This document shows positions 38,179 to 44,974 of a stretch of 64,000 nucleotides of DNA, one piece after another. This DNA comes from a virus: positions 41,624-105,623 of IMG/VR virus record IMGVR_UViG_3300030103_005357; one strand, given 5' to 3'. Position 1 is the stretch's first letter; every line of letters starts with the position of its first letter. The position numbers and the translations under genes were made by a program. The notes below the pieces were generated by a model, which made no database searches, had not been told where the DNA came from, and worked only from the letters and a program-made list of their open reading frames with translations.

Positions 38179-38234
38179 TTCTTACGGGGGAGATTATAAG
38201 TGATTTGGGGGATGGGGACAAGCCCTTTTTTAAT

Positions 38235-38447
38235 TTATTTTTCTATGCGTGAGAAGTAGAGAGTTCTGAAAACTTCCTTGTTACCGCTCTCGCTGTCGTG
38301 GCTTTTGTCAACTACCTTGCAAACTGCGAACTCCTTAGTTGAACGCTCAACCCCGCGAAGTTGATACATGCGGAGATTTCCATTGTTGGAGGTGGTATAA
38401 ACAAACTGCTTATTGATCAGGCGGGTGATGTTGTCTTGGTTGGTCAT
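38235..38447 (-). CDS. Hypothetical protein
   Basis: TAAAAT-6-ATG; C-terminal FRTLY resembles FRTLH in 39079..39432. Confidence 0.6.
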   Translation of the reverse strand: MTNQDNITRLINKQFVYTTSNNGNLRMYQLRGVERSTKEFAVCKVVDKSHDSESGNKEVFRTLYFSRIEK

Positions 38448-38564
38448 GTGGATATTTTACTCTAAAAACGCAGAGATTAAAAGCTTTTTCTGCATCTTTT
38501 TTTATTTATTTTTTTAAGTAAAAGGCTTGACACTATTCTTCTTTACTATAAAGAAACATCCTTC

Positions 38565-38641
38565 GTAAGTCCTTGATACTCAACGAGTTACGGGCCAGCG
38601 ACCCGCCGCGCCCCGTAACTCCTTGATACTCAGTGAGTTAC
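38565..38641. repeat. Paired-palindrome element R8
   Basis: Palindromes at 38565 and 38615, spacer GGGCCAGCGACCCGCCGCGCCCC. Confidence 0.95.
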
Positions 38642-38738
38642 GACGGTTTTCTTATTAGCTGTTTTCTCGCGGCTGTCAACACAAAAGATTAATTTAATTC
38701 AAAAAAAAGCTCCCTTTCGGGAGCCTTGCACGGGGTGG

Positions 38739-38972
38739 TTAGTCTTGCCAGTCTCGCGCTCGATCCTCCGCGCCTTGCGCCATGTATGTCCGAGCGTCCT
38801 CCAATCCGTCCTTGTAGGCGAACGCCCATATCTCATATGATTCCTCTCCATTCGGAAACTCATCGGGTATGATATAGCCAAGGTAGGAGGTGGGGCAGAT
38901 GTTACTCTCCTGATTGTTGAGTGCTGCCTTGTATGCGAATTCTGCGAGCTGGTCTTGTGTTACTGTTGCCAT
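38739..38972 (-). CDS. Hypothetical protein
   Basis: Start moved to ATG after TTGTGT-17-TATAAT-6; hairpin and A-run terminator at about 38701-38724. Confidence 0.6.
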   Translation of the reverse strand: MATVTQDQLAEFAYKAALNNQESNICPTSYLGYIIPDEFPNGEESYEIWAFAYKDGLEDARTYMAQGAEDRARDWQD

Positions 38973-39078
38973 GCCGAGATTATACTCTCGAAAAGAATTA
39001 AACACAAGATCTTTTTGCATAAAAACACAAAAAAACCCGCCAGCCTCCGAAGAGACTGACGGGCGACACACAACACCA

Positions 39079-39432
39079 TTAGAAAACTGATTTGGCTAGC
39101 TGGTAAGCGGTCGCCACGCGACCCTTCACCTTGGTAATTCCCGAAACATGCAGAGTGCGGAACTTAGTCTTGCCTCCATCGTCGAGGTCTTGCACCTCTC
39201 CTTGGATGTAACGGCGACCCGAACCTTTGGCGTGATCGGTGTGATCAACTGACTTGATAACGAAACTACGAACGCCGTCATTTTTGACAGAGGATTCGTC
39301 GTGGTTGTAGTAAGTCACCACGCGATTGGTGAGCTTTTTCTTAAGGTCTTCGTCGCTGAGTCCATACAGGGCGTGGTCGAACTTGTAGTTGATGCCGACA
39401 TTGGTGGTGGTAGTGGTAGTGGTGTTTTTCAT
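39079..39432 (-). CDS. Hypothetical protein
   Basis: Start moved to ATG after TTGCGC-17-TATAAT-9; terminator at about 39030-39063. Confidence 0.65.
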   Translation of the reverse strand: MKNTTTTTTTNVGINYKFDHALYGLSDEDLKKKLTNRVVTYYNHDESSVKNDGVRSFVIKSVDHTDHAKGSGRRYIQGEVQDLDDGGKTKFRTLHVSGITKVKGRVATAYQLAKSVF

Positions 39433-39499
39433 AACGAGGTAATTATACTCTAGATTTTGGTTGGGCGCAAGAACTATTTTGCTATTAAAGTGATTTTTT

Positions 39500-39745
39500 T
39501 TAGAGGTAGGAGGCGACAGAAACAAGGGCTTCGACCTCTGCTCTTTTGGCTGCGCGTTTAGCTGCGCGGATATCGAGGAGAGCTTTCGCTGCTTGCTCGC
39601 GGGTGATAGCTTGGAACTTGTAGCGACTCCAGTTCTGATTTTTAACGGAGACATGCAAGTAGGTCATGCCAGTACGGTAGACTGAGAGAATGAGATGCTT
39701 GGTCTTATAGGTGCGGAACTTTGGTGATGTAGTGGTGTCGGACAT
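39500..39745 (-). CDS. Hypothetical protein
   Basis: Start moved to ATG after TATAAT-6. Confidence 0.6.
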   Translation of the reverse strand: MSDTTTSPKFRTYKTKHLILSVYRTGMTYLHVSVKNQNWSRYKFQAITREQAAKALLDIRAAKRAAKRAEVEALVSVASYL

Positions 39746-39862
39746 GGGGATATTATAAACGGAAATCTCACAAAAGAAAAGCTTTTTCTGCATAAAAAAG
39801 AAACTTTTTTTTCGATTAAAAGTGTTGACACGATGGCTTGTTTTGGTATGGGAAAAACCTTC

Positions 39863-39939
39863 GTAAGTCGTTGATACTCAGTGAGTTACGGGCGGCGGCG
39901 GGGCGCTTCGCCGTAACTCGTTGATACTCAGTGAGTTAC
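39863..39939. repeat. Paired-palindrome element R9 (spacer inverted)
   Basis: GTAAGTCGTTGA-TAC-TCAGTGAGTTAC / GGGCGGCGGCGGGGCGCTTCGCC / GTAACTCGTTGA-TAC-TCAGTGAGTTAC. Confidence 0.95.
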
Positions 39940-39987
39940 AGCGATTCTTTTCATAACATAAAAACTCAACGTGTCAAGTATTTTTTT

Positions 39988-40053
39988 TGGTGGATGGCGG
40001 GGGGATCGAACCCCCATCCGAGACTCGCATCCCGTCGAAACCATTGGCCACCC
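39988..40053 (-). ncRNA. Mini-tmRNA: tRNA-like domain only, no mRNA-like domain
   Basis: GGGTGGC-CAATGGTTTCGAC-GGGAT-GCGA-GTCTC-GGAT-GGGGG-TTCGATC-CCCCC-GCCATCC-A-CCA; G3:U70, A73. Confidence 0.8.
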
Positions 40054-40060
40054 AAACTTT

Positions 40061-40285
40061 TTACTTGCCGTAAATCGAGCGGAGTTCCCAACTCGCTTCG
40101 TTCACTATTTCCGCAGTCACGCTTTGCGGATTCTTGCACGCTTCGGGAAGACCTTTGCGAATGATTCGCTTCAACTTACGCGCACGCATCCACTCCCCAA
40201 TGTGATGAGGGAAGAGAATGGGGTAGGTAAGAATCAAGATAGCTTTCCCCATTGGGGATTGATATTTAAAATTGTGGAGGTTCAT
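40061..40285 (-). CDS. Hypothetical protein
   Basis: Start adjusted to MNLHNFKY; immediately upstream of mini-tmRNA. Confidence 0.5.
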   Translation of the reverse strand: MNLHNFKYQSPMGKAILILTYPILFPHHIGEWMRARKLKRIIRKGLPEACKNPQSVTAEIVNEASWELRSIYGK

Positions 40286-40292
40286 AATGTTT

Positions 40293-40475
40293 TTATTGAA
40301 TGAGATCGAGAGACTCAAGAGAAACTTCTTTCGCGTGTCCGTCATTGAATGAGATCCAAGCGCTGTTGTCTTGTTGGAATGTCTCATGAACCAAGACGGT
40401 TTGGCCTTGGTAATTAGCGAAGAACTCTTCGCAAGAAACCTCGGCTAATTGACTGATTGTGTTTTGGTCTGTCAT
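40293..40475 (-). CDS. Hypothetical protein
   Basis: Promoter TTGACC-17-TAGAAT-6-ATG. Confidence 0.6.
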   Translation of the reverse strand: MTDQNTISQLAEVSCEEFFANYQGQTVLVHETFQQDNSAWISFNDGHAKEVSLESLDLIQ

Positions 40476-40484
40476 GTGTGTATT

Positions 40485-40652
40485 CTACTTGTTTTCTTTT
40501 TTAAGGTCAAGGAACCATTCCTCTTGTTCTTTCTGGAACTCTTGGCATTCCCTGATGAACTGCTCTCCGACTTCGACGGTTCTGTCCACCATCTTGTTCC
40601 AATTTTCTTCGGCTTTGGCCATTGCTGCTAGTGCTTCTTCGGTTGCTGTCAT
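40485..40652 (-). CDS. Small helical protein, paralogue B (55 aa)
   Basis: MTATEEALAAMAKAEENWNKMVDRTVEV...; promoter TTGTAT-17-TAGAAT-6-ATG. Confidence 0.75.
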   Translation of the reverse strand: MTATEEALAAMAKAEENWNKMVDRTVEVGEQFIRECQEFQKEQEEWFLDLKKENK

Positions 40653-40716
40653 GTGTGAATTCTACTTTATTTTTCTAAGTGATACAAGCTCTTTTCGTAT
40701 AAAAAGAAAACTTTTT

Positions 40717-41007
40717 TTAACGCTCCGTTAAAGGTCTCCAATCGAAACGACCGCAAGCGATCTCAAGACCGCGCCCCCATTTAGAGGCGTAAGCCTCCGC
40801 ACGGTTAGCAAACTTCTCGACACGCTTGGGCTTTCCCTCGGGGAAGGCGAAACGGTTGTTGAGAATGCGCTCAGTCTTTTTGAGGTTGCTACTTCCACCC
40901 CAAGCAAACTCTTCACCGTTCCACTCACGGATTGCCGTGGAAGATTTGGAGATGATGACATAGAACGGGATTTCGCTTTCTTTTTTGATGGTGTTGTTTG
41001 TTTCCAT
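40717..41007 (-). CDS. Hypothetical protein, first gene of the early region
   Basis: TGCTAAAAT-6-ATG. Confidence 0.6.
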   Translation of the reverse strand: METNNTIKKESEIPFYVIISKSSTAIREWNGEEFAWGGSSNLKKTERILNNRFAFPEGKPKRVEKFANRAEAYASKWGRGLEIACGRFDWRPLTER

Positions 41008-41306
41008 GCGTGTATTTTAGCACAGATCCGCATGAATTAAAAGCTTTTTTTACCTCAATAGTGCTTTTTTTTTGACCTGTAATACAACCCCCCGATTAAT
41101 ATAAAAAACACTTGACACGATACCGCGCAAAGTCGCGGGGGGAGTCTTTTCTCAAAAACTAAACAATTAAATTATCATAGTTAGGCGTTGGATGGAAAAA
41201 AATAGCGGGGTTATTTTGGGGGAAAGTGCATGCCCAAGAAAGACCAGAATAAAAAAATAAATTAATATGCCGCGAATATAATATACAAAAACGTGTAGTA
41301 TAAGGT

Positions 41307-42143
41307 ATGACATATCGGAATATGCCAGTGGCAGTGGATACAGGTAATCCTATTTTGGCGACGACGGTTGGAGTGGATTTCTCCACTAAAAATCAGATAA
41401 AAAGACAATTGGGCGCGAATATCGACGCTGGTGATCAGTTGAGGTTTAATGGTGATGTGGATTGTAAGATAAATGCGGATTTCTTAGTGAAGAGTAGTGC
41501 GGGTGATTATTCGGGTATAGATTTTTTATTTGATAGTTATCATGAAACTGGGCAGAATTCTATGACGTTGGATATTGGGGGTAATAAATACAACTCTTGT
41601 TTTATTGATAGTTTCAGTTTGACGGTTAGACCATTTGAGCCAGTGATGGGGCGGGTTACGTTTACTAGTTATCAGCCTAGCGATTCAGGTTTGGCTGGTA
41701 ACACAGGTAATGCATCAGATAGCCACCTAGAAACACAAGAAGTAATCTACGGACACAATTGTTTATTGAGTGGTGCGGGTGCTGTGGTAGCTTCTGATAT
41801 CATAAATGATCTTAGTTATAATAAAACATATTCAAGAACTCCAATTTATACTTTAGGTTCGCAACAGGCGACAAGTCAAATTGTTGACGGTGTAGAGGTC
41901 GATATGAATGTCCAGTCTACAGGATTGAACCAGTTGATTGATTTCAGCGGTAATAAATTATCTAGTGATTTTGGCATTGGGCTAAAAGATGTTCTCGGCT
42001 CTGGAATAATCCAATATCCTTATAATGAATCTAATTTTGATTTAATTGTAAATTCTGGAGCGCATGTAGTTGCGGAAGGCTACTCCGTTGATGGAGGCGG
42101 CACTTTAGTTACAAAAGCTACCATTAAGGAAGTCATTCTATAG
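41307..42143 (+). CDS. Probable virion structural protein (tail-tube-like fold possible)
   Basis: Beta-rich composition, SRTPIYTLG; GTGTAG-N8-ATG. Confidence 0.5.
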   Translation: MTYRNMPVAVDTGNPILATTVGVDFSTKNQIKRQLGANIDAGDQLRFNGDVDCKINADFLVKSSAGDYSGIDFLFDSYHETGQNSMTLDIGGNKYNSCFIDSFSLTVRPFEPVMGRVTFTSYQPSDSGLAGNTGNASDSHLETQEVIYGHNCLLSGAGAVVASDIINDLSYNKTYSRTPIYTLGSQQATSQIVDGVEVDMNVQSTGLNQLIDFSGNKLSSDFGIGLKDVLGSGIIQYPYNESNFDLIVNSGAHVVAEGYSVDGGGTLVTKATIKEVIL

Positions 42144-42164
42144 AAATAAGTGTAATATATACAT

Positions 42165-42890
42165 ATGCCCCGAAAAAAGGTTGCTAAGGAAAAAGAGGTT
42201 CCGTTTGAGTTGCTAGCGGATTTTGAGAGATCAATAAAGTTTAATAAAAGAAATTTTAGATTTAGCCCCAAGCAAAAGAAGTTTTTAGACCTTATACTAA
42301 ACGAAGAGTCTAAGATTATTTTTGTTTCTGGCCCTGCGGGAAGCTCAAAGACCTACATGTCCCTGTATGGGATGTTAAAATTATTGGAGGAGGATTTCTC
42401 TAAAGATATTTTATATGTTCGAAGTATTGCTGAAAGCGCTGATACGGGGTTGGGTAGCTTACCCGGGGACATTGCAGACAAGTTTGATCCTTTTTTGTGT
42501 CCACTTTATGACAAAATGCAAGAAATCGTTGCTTCTGGGGACGCGATCTACTTAAAACAACGAGAAAAAGTTTCAGCGGTCCCAATAAACTTCCTTCGTG
42601 GAGCGAGTTGGCAGAATAAATTGGTTTTTGCAGATGAAGCGCAGAATTTTACGCTAAAAGAATTAACTACTTTGATCACTCGCATAGGTGAAGACAGTAA
42701 AATCATTATTGGAGGTGATTTTTTTCAGAGCGATATCAATGGAAAAAGTGGATTTAAACCGATGTTCGAAAAATTCAATGATGATGAATCTAAAGATATG
42801 GGCATTCATACATTTAGCTTTAATGAAAGCGATATTGTGCGTAGTAAAATATTAAAATTCATTATTAAAAAGTTGGAAGGTGAAAAATAG
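42165..42890 (+). CDS. phoH: PhoH family ATPase
   Basis: GPAGSSKT, LGSLPGD, FLRG, DEAQN, TRIGE, GDFFQSD, DIVRS. Confidence 0.92.
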   Translation: MPRKKVAKEKEVPFELLADFERSIKFNKRNFRFSPKQKKFLDLILNEESKIIFVSGPAGSSKTYMSLYGMLKLLEEDFSKDILYVRSIAESADTGLGSLPGDIADKFDPFLCPLYDKMQEIVASGDAIYLKQREKVSAVPINFLRGASWQNKLVFADEAQNFTLKELTTLITRIGEDSKIIIGGDFFQSDINGKSGFKPMFEKFNDDESKDMGIHTFSFNESDIVRSKILKFIIKKLEGEK

Positions 42891-42924
42891 TGTAATTACT
42901 TACTAATTTTGATATAATTGTAAG

Positions 42925-43248
42925 ATGAGTCACATATTTTGTTATAGTTGTGGGGTTAAGATTGAATATAATTTTGCTAAACCTAATTTTTGTTCTAAAT
43001 GTGGGGCAAGTTTTGGAGGGACGCAGCAATCTCAAGCTGCGGTGGAACAGGTTTCCAATCAAACCAAATCCTCTGTAGTTTCAGATGACGAAACCGACGC
43101 AGAGTTCGTCCCACAACTGCGGGGATTGCAGGTAGAAATTGAAAAGCCTAAAACTGTCACCATTGGTTCTTTAGCGGGTCAAAACACACCACCTGACTAT
43201 AAAGGAAAGGGATCGTATGACCTGAATGATTTCACTTCTAAACCTTAA
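42925..43248 (+). CDS. Zinc-ribbon protein
   Basis: FCYSCG...FCSKCG. Confidence 0.75.
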   Translation: MSHIFCYSCGVKIEYNFAKPNFCSKCGASFGGTQQSQAAVEQVSNQTKSSVVSDDETDAEFVPQLRGLQVEIEKPKTVTIGSLAGQNTPPDYKGKGSYDLNDFTSKP

Positions 43249-43925
43249 TGCCCGAAGAGAAGAAGTATGAAGACTACCAAGACATCATAGATCGAGCAGT
43301 TAAGAAGCAGAGGTCAAGGTGGCGTTTAGATGCTATCAAGTGGTTTGACTTCGAAGATGTTGAGCAGGTGGTAAAATCACACATCGCCCAAAAGTGGCAC
43401 ATGTGGGATCAGTCGCGTCCATTGGAGCCGTGGCTTAGTCGTGTAATCACCAATAGGATGTGGAATCTTATAAGAAACCATTATGGATCTTATATCAAAC
43501 CTTGTTCAACATGCATACATGCACGGGATGAATTGTGCGCTAAGACCGTAAGTGGTAACCAAGATATTTCGTGCAAAGATTATGCTAAATGGTCAAAGAA
43601 GAAAAAATTTGGACTAGAATTGAAAACTGCATCTAGTCTAGATGATACTGAGCATGTTATAAACGTTAAGTGTAATTCGTATTTTGATTATGATGCTGAT
43701 ACGCAGAAGCTTAACGAGAAAATGCTAAAAAAACTTGGAGAGAAACAATACGGGGCATATCATATGTTATATTTCGAGGATTGTACAGAAGAAGATGTAG
43801 CAAAGTATATGGGGTATAAACTGTCTGATACTAATCGTAAGATTGGCTACAGACAAGTAAAGAATCTCAAATGTAAATTTCATAAGATTGCAGTAAAAAT
43901 TTTAAAAGATGGAGGAGATTTGTAA
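43248..43925 (+). CDS. Phage sigma-factor-like protein
   Basis: Region 2-like FEDVEQ...WDQSRPLEPWLSRVITNRMWNLIR; region 4-like HTH TEEDVAKYMG; four-Cys insert. Confidence 0.7.
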   Translation: MPEEKKYEDYQDIIDRAVKKQRSRWRLDAIKWFDFEDVEQVVKSHIAQKWHMWDQSRPLEPWLSRVITNRMWNLIRNHYGSYIKPCSTCIHARDELCAKTVSGNQDISCKDYAKWSKKKKFGLELKTASSLDDTEHVINVKCNSYFDYDADTQKLNEKMLKKLGEKQYGAYHMLYFEDCTEEDVAKYMGYKLSDTNRKIGYRQVKNLKCKFHKIAVKILKDGGDL

Positions 43926-44974
43926 TGGATTTAACAGATGATCAAAAAGAATATATAAAAAACAATGTGAATAAAGTCACAAATTTAAATGAACTCACCC
44001 AAAAATGTTTTAGGGATGATGATTTAGATGGTCGCACGAAAGAGGGTCGGGCTGTTCGAAAATACTTAATAGAGAATAATATTGATTATAAAACAACCCG
44101 CCGCAAACCACAGGACAAAATAGAACTAAACGATTCTCAAAAAGAGTTCATTATCCAGCAAGCTCAGGAGGGAATGTCGTCTTTGGAGATTGCCAAGCTT
44201 ATATTTCCAGAAAAGAGAGTAAAGCCACTAAGCAATGAGCAGAGAACGGTTCTGGCGCACATCAACGAGGTCAATCCCGATTTCGTCCCATCGCAAGACT
44301 CCGCTGCCGTAAATGATTACGTCCCGCCCAAAAGCCCAAGTCGTGTGTTAAAGAAAATCAATGATGCTACAGGATTAGCGTTGGATGATGGAAAACTAAA
44401 TAGACAAAAGCAAGTCTGTATAGAAAAGCTTCAAATCAATCTATCCAATAGTAGATTTTTAAAAATCATCAATAATTATCTTAATAAACAGGACAGAGAG
44501 TTATTCGAGCAAGAATTTATTCGTTTGAGTTGGGACAAGCCCGATTTAACCGCAGACGAAATCAATCTATACCTGAACGTATGCAAAGAGGTCATTAACT
44601 TGGAAGTCGTCTCTGCACACTTGAACAAGCTTAATGAGATGTTTGACGTTGCTGATGACCAAACCGAAATGACCGTGCGTCTCGCGGAGATTATCAAAGC
44701 TAAATCACAAGAATATCATCAATGTGAGACCCGCATTGAGAACTTGACGAAGAAGTTACAAGGTGACCGTGCTGAGCGCATGAAGAAGAGCCAAAAACAA
44801 AATGCGTCATTTTTGGCCATCGTCCAGATGTTTCAAGAAGAGGAAGAGCGGAAGAATATGGTTCGCATGGCAGAAATGCAAAAAAAGTTAATTAAAGAAG
44901 AAGCTGAGCGGATGGAAGGGATGGCAGAGTGGAAAGCGCGAATCTTAGGTATTAGTCAGGACGATGCAATTTGA
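43925..44974 (+). CDS. Hypothetical helical protein, possible terminase small subunit
   Basis: HTH-like GMSSLEIAKLIF, coiled-coil C-terminus, upstream of TerL. Confidence 0.45.
   Translation: MDLTDDQKEYIKNNVNKVTNLNELTQKCFRDDDLDGRTKEGRAVRKYLIENNIDYKTTRRKPQDKIELNDSQKEFIIQQAQEGMSSLEIAKLIFPEKRVKPLSNEQRTVLAHINEVNPDFVPSQDSAAVNDYVPPKSPSRVLKKINDATGLALDDGKLNRQKQVCIEKLQINLSNSRFLKIINNYLNKQDRELFEQEFIRLSWDKPDLTADEINLYLNVCKEVINLEVVSAHLNKLNEMFDVADDQTEMTVRLAEIIKAKSQEYHQCETRIENLTKKLQGDRAERMKKSQKQNASFLAIVQMFQEEEERKNMVRMAEMQKKLIKEEAERMEGMAEWKARILGISQDDAI

Noticed and set aside
28916-39939. CRISPR array interpretation of the repeats
   Set aside because: Units occur as isolated pairs 0.8-1.6 kb apart, the 23-bp spacers are homologous to each other, and no cas genes are seen
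28916-39939. Canonical XerC/D dif sites
   Set aside because: Geometry is 12-3-12 (or 11-5-11), not 11-6-11, and there is no TTATGTTAAAT-like XerD arm
39988-40053. Ordinary tRNA-Ala or a tRNA pseudogene
   Set aside because: No D-stem and no 7-nt anticodon loop; all stems are intact and match tmRNA-specific motifs
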